A stretch of 64,000 bases of DNA. Origin: an uncultured Rhabdochlamydiaceae bacterium. Its GTDB lineage: Bacteria > Chlamydiota > Chlamydiia > Chlamydiales > Rhabdochlamydiaceae. The stretch is from positions 1,152,001 through 1,216,000 of the forward strand of contig CAVQHD010000001.1 in assembly GCA_963712275.1 (NCBI GenBank), in the 5' to 3' direction. Both the position numbers and the translations under genes were made by a program. Of the stretch, positions 51,095-61,000 are shown one piece after another. The notes beneath the pieces are model-generated. The model did no database searches, was not told the DNA's origin, and saw only the letters and a list, made by a program, of their open reading frames with translations. Position 1 is the first letter of the stretch, and each line of letters starts with the position of its first letter.

Positions 51095-51153
51095 AAAAAA
51101 GATAGAGTAACAATGTCTATACTGTTGCCAATTGAAGGATATAGCCTCTTCTT

Positions 51154-51486
51154 TCAACGGCCTGATCTAGCAAGCCAAGCGAAACAATCAAAATAGCGGT
51201 CTAAATCTTCAAGCGATGTTTTGAATTCGTCGCTTCCGAGGGCAGCAGCGGAAAAGAGTTCGCGGGCGCGTAGAATTTCTCTTCGACGGCCCTTCCACCG
51301 AGGATCTTCGATCGTGAGCCAAAATAAGTCCAAGGCTCGAGTGACGGCACCCCAGTAGCGCGTTTGATTGCCCTTGGATCGAAGAGCTCGGCTGACTTCG
51401 CTCCCAATATTGGCCATTTGCTCAACGAGAGAAAACTTCGTCCAACTAGGGCGGACAGACTCTAGGTGGTCTAAATCTGCAATCAT
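51154..51486 (-). CDS. Hypothetical helical protein
   Basis: WTKFSLVEQMANIGSEVSRA; coupled to the upstream gene by an ATGA overlap. Confidence 0.75.
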   Translation of the reverse strand: MIADLDHLESVRPSWTKFSLVEQMANIGSEVSRALRSKGNQTRYWGAVTRALDLFWLTIEDPRWKGRRREILRARELFSAAALGSDEFKTSLEDLDRYFDCFAWLARSGR

Positions 51487-51851
51487 GCGTGTTTGACCAA
51501 TTGATTGACGATTTCTAGAATTTTTTGGCGGATTGCAGGATCATCAACCCCTCGAGAAGCATTGCCATGAGACGGTCTCAGGTTGATTATAGAATCGTAT
51601 TCAATCCATTCATCTCCAGATTGTTGAAGGTAGAGGTTGATTCCCCAGAGGTTTGCTTGTCTTGATCCATTTTCTAAAAGGATCTCTTCCCCATCCGAAT
51701 GCATTGTCATTCCAGCAACCATAATGGCTTTTTCCACATCGACGACGGCTTTAACAAAAGCACCACCCCTGCTTTTCAATTCCAGGTCGAGAAGATCGGT
51801 TTTTTGCACTTGTTGATCAATGATCTTTGTTGGCATATTAGACTGTTCCAA
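51483..51851 (-). CDS. DUF5674-like protein
   Basis: VKAVVDVEK...HSDGEEILLENGS..LWGINL...IEYDSIINLRP. Confidence 0.75.
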   Translation of the reverse strand: MEQSNMPTKIIDQQVQKTDLLDLELKSRGGAFVKAVVDVEKAIMVAGMTMHSDGEEILLENGSRQANLWGINLYLQQSGDEWIEYDSIINLRPSHGNASRGVDDPAIRQKILEIVNQLVKHA

Positions 51852-52000
51852 GTATTCTTAAGAATACCAGAAATGCTCTGGCAACGCAAGAGCGAGATTT
51901 TTCTTTTTTTGTATCGACAATTCCTTCATACAATCAGCGCCCAACTGTAGAGGCAATTCCCTCCATAGTTTTTGAATTCTTGCGGCCATGGCAAAGTTGT

Positions 52001-53251
52001 TTACTTAGAGAGCCATTGATAGAGAGGGATGAAATGAATCGTTTTCCCTTCTTTTAAGAGCACATCTTCTAAAGAAAGTGTTAAGATTTTTCCCGATGGA
52101 AGTTCTAAGGCCTGCAAACATTCTAACAGAGCATTGATCTCGCGGCTCTGCGTTTCTTGATCTTCCAGATCGGAATAGCACACTTGTATTGCATCTATAG
52201 GTTTTCCCAATTCTGTAATTATAAAGTCGACTTCTTGCACTTGTTTATAATAGAATGTTTGTTTGCCTCTACGCCTTAATTCTAAATAGACAGCATTTTC
52301 CGCCAAACGGCCCCAGTCTTCTCGATCGGATTGCAAAGATACTGTGCGCAGGCCCGTGTCAATCACGTAAATTTTTTTAGGGTCGCGGGCTTGTACTTTG
52401 AGATTAGGATGGTAACGGCTCATTTCAAAGGCAAGGAAAGCTTGTGTCAAATAACCTGTCAACGTTGAGGCTAGTTCAATCGAAATTTCAAAAGCTTTTC
52501 GCAGGGAATTGTAGGAGTGTAAACAACTGAGTCCCGTTAAATAGAAACTAACTATTTGATGTAAGGCTTGTTGATTTTTGATAGAATGTCTTGCAATAAC
52601 ATCTCGTAGCACAATATCACTAAGATATTGTTTTAATAAAATGATCCGATCATTTTCGTCTGGTGTTAAGATGACTTTTGGAAAGCCTCCCCAACGCAGA
52701 TAATCTTCTAATGCGCGTAACCAAGTTCCTTCCGTAGATGGTGTTTTACACAAAAATGATAAATATTCGGGAAAGGAAAGAGGCCAGATAGTTTGTTCGA
52801 TAACTCGTCCAGAAATAGCTGTCGCGATCTCAGAACTCAATAAATGAGAAGAAGAGCCAGTTACAACGATTTGGTAATGTCCTAAGTCGATAGCTTTTCG
52901 CACCCACCGCTCCCATCCTTGGACATTTTGGATCTCATCCAAAATGACTAGTTTGGGCATCTTTCCCATTTCTTCTTCGTAGAGTAAGAGGAGTTGATCA
53001 AGCACTTCAACGCTGGCCCCTGGAAAAAAAATCGGATCCTCAAAATTAAAAAAGAAAGTCTCCTCTAGTCTCCCTAGTGCTAATTGGACTGTCATGGAGG
53101 ATTTTCCGGAACGCCTCACTCCAGTCAGTGCTAGACAGAGATCCTTTTGTTGGCTAAGAAGGGATCTTCTGGGGACGATCAAATGGCTGTTTTTGCTCAG
53201 CCATTGCTGCCAGTCCTGTAACGCTTTTTTTAATTTGCCTCGTGTCACCAT
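52001..53251 (-). CDS. AAA+ ATPase (AAA_14 plus DUF4143)
   Basis: GVRRSGKS, LDEIQ, VTGSS, GGFP, KIYVIDTG, ENAV, EVDF. Confidence 0.93.
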   Translation of the reverse strand: MVTRGKLKKALQDWQQWLSKNSHLIVPRRSLLSQQKDLCLALTGVRRSGKSSMTVQLALGRLEETFFFNFEDPIFFPGASVEVLDQLLLLYEEEMGKMPKLVILDEIQNVQGWERWVRKAIDLGHYQIVVTGSSSHLLSSEIATAISGRVIEQTIWPLSFPEYLSFLCKTPSTEGTWLRALEDYLRWGGFPKVILTPDENDRIILLKQYLSDIVLRDVIARHSIKNQQALHQIVSFYLTGLSCLHSYNSLRKAFEISIELASTLTGYLTQAFLAFEMSRYHPNLKVQARDPKKIYVIDTGLRTVSLQSDREDWGRLAENAVYLELRRRGKQTFYYKQVQEVDFIITELGKPIDAIQVCYSDLEDQETQSREINALLECLQALELPSGKILTLSLEDVLLKEGKTIHFIPLYQWLSK

Positions 53252-53258
53252 AACCTTA

Positions 53259-53314
53259 TTTTAATCGATCAGTCGATTAAAAAATCCAAAAATTAATCGA
53301 TCTACCGATTGATT
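53259..53314. promoter_or_regulatory. Tandem palindromic operator-like sites
   Basis: TTTTAATCGA-tcag-TCGATTAAAA and AATTAATCGA-tcta-CCGATTGATT, 32 bp apart, over the AAA gene promoter. Confidence 0.6.
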
Positions 53315-53392
53315 TATGTATATTGTTAATCTTTAACAGGTTATTGACATAAAAAGGCTGAGAACTTTTTCCGGCAGTATATGTTACCATTC

Positions 53393-53446
53393 GAGGTAGT
53401 TGCAAAGCGCGGATTTGGCCTCCAAAGCGAGTTTTGCAACTACCTC
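53393..53446. repeat. 54-bp hairpin with copy-C-type MITE termini
   Basis: GAGGTAGTTGCAAA...TTTGCAACTACCTC; no target duplication visible. Confidence 0.8.
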
Positions 53447-53468
53447 GTTTTTTTAGAAATTTCTTCCC

Positions 53469-54140
53469 CTAAGCCCAGGGGTTGCCTACAATTGTGTCTC
53501 GCTCACCTGTATAGATGTGAGAATATCCATGAGAATAAAGATGGTTTGTGCATGCCAGATAGCCTTCGAATGTCATGTGAACATGTTCAAACATAATGGT
53601 TTTTGGTTTAATTTTTTCAAAATTAATCGATAGCAAAATTGCTTCATCATGACCTTCAGCATCCATGTGAAGCACATCGATGCGGTTGAGTTGATATTTG
53701 TCGATAATGTCCTGTAGAGTCACGCATTCGACTTGAAAAGTTTTAATATCTTTGGCAGAAAGAGAGGGCTTGCATTTGAGGATGTGATTCAGATCCAATG
53801 ATCCAACCAAATCGCCCCAGAGTCCACCTGCTTCATTCACTAAATCAGGATGGGTTTTGCAAAATTCAGAAGTTTCATCAACCATGTAAAAGTTGCCTAT
53901 TTTCCTCGTATCAGAAATCGCCACATTTTCAAAAAATACTTGAGGATGCTCTGCGTAATTCTTTTTAAGTTTTTCGAAAATCCTAGGCACGGGTTCAATT
54001 AAAATCCCTTTCCAATGTTCCTTTAAGATTAAGGCGCACAGAGGGTCGGTGCTCATGACGCCCTCATTCGATCCAATTTGAATAAAGACAATGCCTTCTT
54101 CTTTAAGAAGGCTTCTCGCTTTTTCTAATTCCTTTTCCAT
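53469..54140 (-). CDS. FkbM-family methyltransferase
   Basis: FIQIGSNEG, GILIEP, FENVAIS, IDVLHMDAEGHD; ATG 54140 has SD AGAGGG. Confidence 0.9.
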   Translation of the reverse strand: MEKELEKARSLLKEEGIVFIQIGSNEGVMSTDPLCALILKEHWKGILIEPVPRIFEKLKKNYAEHPQVFFENVAISDTRKIGNFYMVDETSEFCKTHPDLVNEAGGLWGDLVGSLDLNHILKCKPSLSAKDIKTFQVECVTLQDIIDKYQLNRIDVLHMDAEGHDEAILLSINFEKIKPKTIMFEHVHMTFEGYLACTNHLYSHGYSHIYTGERDTIVGNPWA

Positions 54141-54322
54141 GTCCCTCTTTCTATAAAAAAGGCCGATTTTTTTCAACCCGGCCTCGAGATTTGACGCATT
54201 CAGAAAACTTTTGGCTGGGCAAAAATGCATCTTTCCGTTGTGTCTATACTGCGCCCACCCCAAAAGTGTGAATTTCGGCTAGCGCCAAAGCTCCTACGAT
54301 CGACGATCGCAAATTGGTTAGT

Positions 54323-54344
54323 AAGCGAGTTTTCCAACTACCTC
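54323..54344. repeat. Solo MITE right end
   Basis: AAGCGAGTTTTCCAACTACCTC matches 53425-53446 at 21/22 nt. Confidence 0.7.
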
Positions 54345-54496
54345 AAGCGTCTAATTAAACTATCTTGAGCTTTAAACGGATTCAACTTGAGGGTTAAAGG
54401 CTCTATAGTTTATAGGATTTTTTCATGGATAAGAATTATGTATTGTCTCTAAGTAATCAGAAAGGTAAAATGTCGCTCCAAAAAGGAGACTTTAAT

Positions 54497-55183
54497 ATGT
54501 CCGTTAACTTAGTTGCCTATAGACCCTCTTATCAAACCCTATTTGTAGGGGTAGCAGCCGTCTCGATCGTTGCACTGTTAGCATACGCCCTCTTTTCAAG
54601 AAAAAGCTCCCAACGGTCTACTCCTAAATCTACCCCCCAACCCACGCCCATCCCGTTATCCACAGAGCAGGCTCAAGAGATTGAATCGATCAAAAACAAA
54701 ATGCGCGGAACGATTCCCTTGGTTGATAAACTGAATCTCAGCTTTCCTCTCGATCTATGGAAGAAGTTGCTCGATAATATCGGCGTCTTTACAGACCCTG
54801 AGACATCGGCTAAAGTCGACCTCAAAAAAAAAGTGATCCAATTAAATAGAGACGACATCAATGCACAGAAATTGGACAAAATCTTCCAATATATGACAGG
54901 GAGCATCATTTGTTCTTATAACTCCGGTAGTAGCACAGATTCTGCACGTGATTTTTTCTATAGAAAAGACGCATCCTCTTTTGTCCACATCCCACAAGCG
55001 CCCTCTACTTCCCGTACATTTCCAAACCACTCTTGGGCCGATAAGTGTAAGAACAATAGATTCGCCTCCGATGCTGAAAAACAACACGCTAAAAATGAGA
55101 CTATTTACAACACCCTGCGGGAAGAGAAGGAAACAATTTCTTTTACAATCTTGGATAACCGTGAAGCAGGCGTTAAAATTTAG
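54497..55183 (+). CDS. Hypothetical protein with N-terminal TM anchor (effector candidate)
   Basis: SD AAGGAG before ATG 54497; TM LFVGVAAVSIVALLAYALF followed by a P/T/S linker. Confidence 0.7.
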   Translation: MSVNLVAYRPSYQTLFVGVAAVSIVALLAYALFSRKSSQRSTPKSTPQPTPIPLSTEQAQEIESIKNKMRGTIPLVDKLNLSFPLDLWKKLLDNIGVFTDPETSAKVDLKKKVIQLNRDDINAQKLDKIFQYMTGSIICSYNSGSSTDSARDFFYRKDASSFVHIPQAPSTSRTFPNHSWADKCKNNRFASDAEKQHAKNETIYNTLREEKETISFTILDNREAGVKI

Positions 55184-55461
55184 AGAGGATTCTAAAGCCT
55201 CAAGGTTATGCGTCAGAATGCAATCCTACTTGAGCGTTTAGGTGATTTTTTGAGTGCGAACTCTTCTTAATCTTAAACTTGAACATCTTTTTCGCAGCCT
55301 AGGTGTTACTTTTTGTTGAGTTATTTTATACGCAATTTGGCCGCTTTTGGCAGTCATTTCAACATGTGTGTGCTCGAATTCCAGGCAAGCCAATCAGTGC
55401 AAATTTTTATAGCAGGTGTTTTTCATGACTACTTGCTCTTCAGCGTAATACAATTAAATTC

Positions 55462-57128
55462 GTAACAGTTCAGATACCCCCGCCTTCGGCAGGATAGGGG
55501 TATCTGAAAAAAATGGAAGAGGATTAAACGGCGATTAATAACGGGACGACTTCTTGACGCACTTCTAATAGCCGTGGACAGCCTTTTATGGCCTCGGATA
55601 AAGCATCCCAGATATTCCAGCCCTGTTTTCGGGCTGTCGATAAGTAGCTCCGAATACGACAAAAAATCTGGCCTCCTTTGGGAGTTCTAAAACAGCCTGC
55701 GATCTTTTGCTTGAGCTTTACCATACGAATATCCTGCTCTCCTTGATTGTTCGTAAAGGGTACTGCAAAATCGTACATGAAGAGGAGGACACTGCTACGG
55801 TACTCTTGGAACCGGTCCAGAAGGTTTTTACCATCCCTCTGCTTTTGCCTGCCTCGCTTGCCTTTAGGCAAGGGAGGCAGTCGCGAGTGATATTCAAGCC
55901 CCTCAGCAATAATTTGTGTATACGCCTGTTCTATCTGGTGTAAAACCTCTTTGGGAAGCACCCATTGAGCTAGATATTTCTCGACCTCATTTTTTGCAAA
56001 AATGAGAAGGTCTTTCATCCGTTTTGCCCAACCTTCTTTTTTTTCCTCATGTATGAATGTAAGCTCCCGCAAATGATGGGCATTGCACAGCCCATGCACA
56101 ACCTGTTCGTAAGAAAAATAAGGAAACCAATGGTCATGGATCGCTTTCCCTCGGAACTGGGATAAAATATTCGCCTCATCCATTGCTTCTTTCCCACGTT
56201 TGGAATGTATCATGTAGAAAGTCGACCATTGTGATGAGGTTACGTGAACCCAGTGAAGTTTTTTCTCACATCTCATCCCTGTTTCATCAAAATGCAGAAT
56301 CTGTGCTGCTAACAGGTATACTTTTAGACTGCTCTCGAACGATTCGAGCTTCTGAAAGAGCTTTTCGTCAACATTTGCACAAGTGCCTGGTGAAATAGCA
56401 ATGCCAAAAATGTCCTCGAAGATTTCGCATACACGGTCAACAGGTATAAAATGTTGATGGGCAAAGTAAGCTGTTAGTGCTTGAACTCTCTCTCCATATT
56501 GAACGGGGCCTCTAACATTCTCAGGGAAAGCTGCCCTATTGAACTCTCCACAACAAGGACATTGTTTTTCCAGAGCACGATGTTCTGTTACCTCGATTTT
56601 TGGTTGGGGTAAATCAAAGACTTGTCGCGCTTCAGTGCAAACACCCGCTACTTGACTGAGACTCGATCCACATCCGTTACAGCTTGTAGGCGTATGAGTC
56701 ACCACTAAATCAGGATTTGCGACTTGAGCAAGACCTTTTCCGACATGTCCTTGTTGTCCTCCTGGTTTTTTGCCCGATTGATTGCGTAGGCTTTTTGGCT
56801 TTCTCTTCAACCCATCGCTGCTAGGAGGTTTGCTACTATTGGAGCTGTTTTTCGATAGACGAGTTTCTAAATCTTGGACACGGGTTTCTAGCTGTTGTAT
56901 GCGGATCTGCTGTTGCTGAATGGTTGCTTCGAGATAACGAATATATGAACGGATCGACTCGGGCAATGAATCAAAAACTTCACCGGAAAGACTTGGTATC
57001 GAACCTGTCGAATAATTCATGCTAACATGGTATCAAAAAACTCTTACGATGAAAAGTTAAATTTTATCTTCATGCCACTTTTCAGATGCCCCCTGTCTTG
57101 CCGAAGGCGGGGGTATCTGAACTGTTAC
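55462..57128 (-). mobile_element. IS66-family insertion sequence, single-ORF (ISBst12-like)
   Basis: GTAA...TTAC ends; 49/50-bp IRs with the first 30 nt identical; 8-bp target duplication TTAAATTC (55454-55461, 57129-57136). Confidence 0.95.
55524..57020 (-). CDS. tnpC: IS66 transposase TnpC
   Basis: NSSNSSKPPSSD, zinc-finger cysteines, HFDETG, CNAHHLREL, TNNQGEQDIR. Confidence 0.96.
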   Translation of the reverse strand: MNYSTGSIPSLSGEVFDSLPESIRSYIRYLEATIQQQQIRIQQLETRVQDLETRLSKNSSNSSKPPSSDGLKRKPKSLRNQSGKKPGGQQGHVGKGLAQVANPDLVVTHTPTSCNGCGSSLSQVAGVCTEARQVFDLPQPKIEVTEHRALEKQCPCCGEFNRAAFPENVRGPVQYGERVQALTAYFAHQHFIPVDRVCEIFEDIFGIAISPGTCANVDEKLFQKLESFESSLKVYLLAAQILHFDETGMRCEKKLHWVHVTSSQWSTFYMIHSKRGKEAMDEANILSQFRGKAIHDHWFPYFSYEQVVHGLCNAHHLRELTFIHEEKKEGWAKRMKDLLIFAKNEVEKYLAQWVLPKEVLHQIEQAYTQIIAEGLEYHSRLPPLPKGKRGRQKQRDGKNLLDRFQEYRSSVLLFMYDFAVPFTNNQGEQDIRMVKLKQKIAGCFRTPKGGQIFCRIRSYLSTARKQGWNIWDALSEAIKGCPRLLEVRQEVVPLLIAV

Positions 57129-57375
57129 TTAAATTCTTCTTCAAATTGCCCGATCGTTTTTAGGATTAATTCCCATGCTGGAATCTCCCTAAAAATCATG
57201 GACTCCATCAACCCGTAATCTTTTTGAAGTTCTTTCAAAACATGAGGCGGTGGCACGAGTTTCAGCGTTCCTTTTTTGGCAGTGCTATAGCTCGCCCAAG
57301 CTGATGCAAAATAAATGCTTTTGTGATTGGCTACTCTTTCAAGTAAGTTTGATTCTTCAATGGCTTTTTCCTTAA
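57129..57375 (-). pseudogene. 3' remnant of an AbiEii-like nucleotidyltransferase toxin, split by the IS66
   Basis: Reads LLERVANHKSIYFASAWASYSTAKKGTLKLVPP...DYGLMESMIF...FEEEF and continues across the IS as NCITLKSK* (55429-55461). Confidence 0.7.
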
Positions 57376-57561
57376 GAAAACCATAGATTTCACAAAAAGA
57401 GGCTATTTTTCGTGAAAAATGCTTATTGCCAGTTGGCCAACATCTTGTTGGCTAAATGGATAAGAAGAGTAGGGTTTTATCCCAGTTTCATCAAGTCTAG
57501 TGCGTAATTGAACTTTACGCAGATGAATTTTTTCAGGTTGAATTTCTGTGTGTATGCCACT

Positions 57562-57596
57562 AAAAATAAAAGACTTCAGTCGTAAAACTGAAGCCT
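57562..57596 (-). terminator. Rho-independent terminator after tmRNA
   Basis: Minus strand GGCTTCAGT-tttacg-ACTGAAGTC followed by TTTTATTTTT. Confidence 0.8.
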
Positions 57597-57606
57597 TAAA
57601 ATTGGA

Positions 57607-57966
57607 TGGAGGTGGAGAGATTCGAACTCTCGTCCTAAGCGAACATCCCACTCATGACTACATGCTTATCGTCTCCGAAATACAAATGATCATGCTGGAA
57701 GACGCCCCACAATTGATCACTCGTCCTTCGAAAATCTCGGCGATCTCCACTCAAAGGAGAGATGGAGGGCCACACCAGGAAAAATGACGATAGTTCCAAA
57801 GCTCCTGGTCGGACGCTGGGCTATCGGCTACTGTTAGCGGTTAAGCTTAAGCAGCTTGGGGAAGTTGTTCTTCGCCAATTATGTTGTTGCCGCTGGTTTA
57901 AGGAGGAAATCGACAACCTCCGCATGCCACGGGTCTTCAGCTCCCTAGTCGAAGCCTTTCACCCCC
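57607..57966 (-). ncRNA. ssrA: tmRNA
   Basis: 5' GGGGGTGAAAGGCTTCGAC; 3' GACGAGAGTTCGAATCTCTCCACCTCCA with a G3-U pair; tag (A)GEEQLPQAA* at 57847-57876. Confidence 0.95.
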
Positions 57967-58029
57967 GAATGTATTGTATCATAATAGGAGATAGTCTACC
58001 ATAAAAGGATTTTAATTGGAGTCTGAAAA

Positions 58030-61000
58030 ATGTTTGAAGTGGGTGAATCTGAGTCGTTTCCGAACCGAGAACTCAAGATTTTGGACTTTTGGAAGAGGGA
58101 AGAGATCTTTCAGAAGTCGTTGGAAAGGGTCAAAAACGGCCCTATTTTTTCCTTTTATGACGGTCCTCCCTTTGCCACGGGCCTCCCTCACTATGGGCAT
58201 CTTCTAGCGGGAACCATCAAGGACGTCGTCCCAAGGTTTTGGACGATGAAAGGGTATTATGCCCCACGGCGATTTGGGTGGGATTGCCACGGGCTTCCCG
58301 TCGAAAACGAAATTGAAAAGGCAAAAGAGCTCTCTGGGGCTCCCGACATTGAGAAGTTTGGCATCGCTCACTTTAACGAAGAGTGCAGGCAAATTGTCTT
58401 AAGATATACTCAGGAATGGGAGACAACAGTTTCTCGAATGGGTCGGTGGGTCGATTTTAGGCAGACATACCATACGATGGATAAATCATTCATGGAGTCG
58501 GTCTGGTGGGTGTTCGGAGAGCTCTATAAAAAAGGGCTTGTCTATGAAGGACTTAAAGTGATGCCCTTCTCTGCCAAACTGGGCACCCCTATTTCCAACT
58601 TCGAGGCCAACTTAAACTATCGGGATGTCGATGATCCTTCTATTGTTGTGACATTTCCTTTGGAAGATGATCCTGAAGTCTCTTTTCTTGCATGGACGAC
58701 GACGCCATGGACGCTCCCTTCAAACCTTGCGCTTGCTGTCCATCCTGATCTTGATTACGTTAAGATCCGCGATCTGGAAACAGGCCGCCTGTTCATTTTG
58801 GCAGAAGCTCGCGTTAAAGCAAACTTTGAGAAGTTCGAAATTCTGGAGATGTTTAAAGGAAAGAGGCTCAAAGGAGCGGCCTACTGCCCTCTTTTCCCTT
58901 ATTATGCCAGAGAGCGTGATGATCGGCTATTCCGCGTTCTGGTCGATGAATTTGTGACAATCGAAGAGGGAACAGGAATCGTTCACCTTGCCCCTGCCTT
59001 TGGAGAGGCTGACTTCTTCCTTTGCGAACGGGAAGGAATTGAGCCTGTTTGCCCCGTCGATCAAAACGGCCGGTATACTTCTGAGGTTCCCGACTACGAA
59101 GGGCTTTTTGTCAAAGATGCGGACAAGGAAATTATTCGCCGTCTGAAAGGGGAAAAGCGGCTGATCCGTCATGGGCAGATCAGGCACCGATACCCTTTTT
59201 GCTGGCGGTCAGATACACCGCTTATTTATAAAGCGATCCGCACCTGGTTTGTCGCTGTTGAAAAGATCAAAGATCGTCTTCTCAAGGCAAATGAGCAGAT
59301 TCATTGGGTTCCAGATCACATTAAAGAAGGACGGTTTGGAAAATGGCTGGAAAATGCACGCGACTGGGCGATCTCCCGCAATCGCTATTGGGGAACGCCG
59401 ATTCCCCTGTGGCGCAGTGATGATGGAGAGATTATTGTGATTTCGAGTGTCAAAGAGCTCGAAGAGAAGACAGGCAAGCAAATCACCGACTTGCACCGCC
59501 ATTTTATTGACGATTTAACATTTCTTCATCAAGGGAAACAATTTAAACGGATTCCAGAGGTGTTCGACTGTTGGTTTGAATCAGGGTCGATGCCGTATGC
59601 TCAAAACCACTTTCCTTTTGAAAACGAAGCCTTTACGTTGAATGCCTTTCCAGCTGATTTCATTGGAGAAGGGATCGATCAAACGAGAGCCTGGTTCTAT
59701 ACATTGACAGTTCTCTCCGTTGCTCTTTTTGACAAACCTGCCTTTAAAAACGTGATTGTCAACGGCATCCTGCTTGCAGAAGACGGGACGAAGATGTCCA
59801 AGAGGCTCAAAAACTACCCTGAACCTAGTGCAGTGATTGATCAATTCGGGGCAGATGCAGTGAGACTCTATCTACTCAGCAGCCCTGCCGTGAATGCCGA
59901 CGATCTCCGGTTTTCTGCTCGTGGAGTCGAGCTTATCCTTCGGCAAGTCCTCATTCCTCTTTGGAACTGTTATCTATTTTTAGCCACATATGCAACCATT
60001 TACCATTTCAAGCCGCAAGAGATGAAAACCACCCCCACGGCTGAAATGGACCAATGGATTTTATCCGAACTGCAAGAGCTTATAGAGAAAATGGCGCAAG
60101 CGTTTGAGTCATATGAGCTGCAAGCAGCAGTCATCCCGATTACTCGTTTTGTCGATCAACTGACCGATTGGTATATCAGAAGATCCCGGTCTCGATTTTG
60201 GGCAGATGAAGCCAGCCCAGACCGCTTTGAGGCGTTTCAAACTCTTTATACAGTGCTTCATACCGTGTGTCTCTTGACAGCTCCTGTGATTCCATTTTTA
60301 AGCGAAGCGATTTATCAACACCTTCGGCAGCAAACAGATCCGATCTCTGTCCACCTCTGCTGTTATCCAGAGCCTAGCAGCCGGTTTAAAAGACCGAAGC
60401 TTCAAGAGGAGATGTCTTTTGTGCAACAGGTTGTTAGCTTAGGACATGGACTTCGCAAAGAGCATAAACTCAAAGTCCGCCAGCCCCTTTCTTGTGCCCA
60501 CCTTATCTCCGCAAGTGATCACCACCTCTCCATTCTCAAACGGCAAGAGTCTTTGATTGCAGATGAACTCAATGTTAAAAAGATCGAGTTTCATACTGAT
60601 GAAACACAGTTTGTGAGACTCAAAGCCAAGCCGAATTTCCGCATTCTAGGAAAAAAAGTCGGCAAGCAGATGAATGCGGCGCAAGCTGAAATTCAAAAAC
60701 TTTCCCCCCAAGCGCTTGAAGAGCTTCTCTCTGGCAAGGAAGTGGCAATTGTTCTGGGGGCGGAAAAGGTTACCCTCACATCCGAAGATGTCGCTGTTGA
60801 AAGAGAAGTTCATCCTGGAGTTATTGCAACCACAGCAGGGAAGCTGACCGTGGCTCTTGACACCCACCTTTCCCAGCCGCTTATTTTGGAAGGGATTGCC
60901 CGTGAGCTTGTCAACAAAATCAATACCCTCCGTAAAGAGAGCGGTTTTGCAGTCACCGATCGGATCGACGTGAAAATTCAAACCTCACCAGAGGTCCGCA

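Noticed and set aside
54141..54263. N-terminal extension of FkbM from TTG 54263
   Set aside because: ATG 54140 has a good SD and begins just before the domain.
55180..55205. TTA-GAGAGGATTCTAAA resembling the end of element B
   Set aside because: Only about 9 nt match and no partner end or hairpin was found; it may be a relic but cannot be supported.
57403..58004. Short ORFs around 57.4-58.0 kb
   Set aside because: They overlap tmRNA and its terminator and show no protein motifs.
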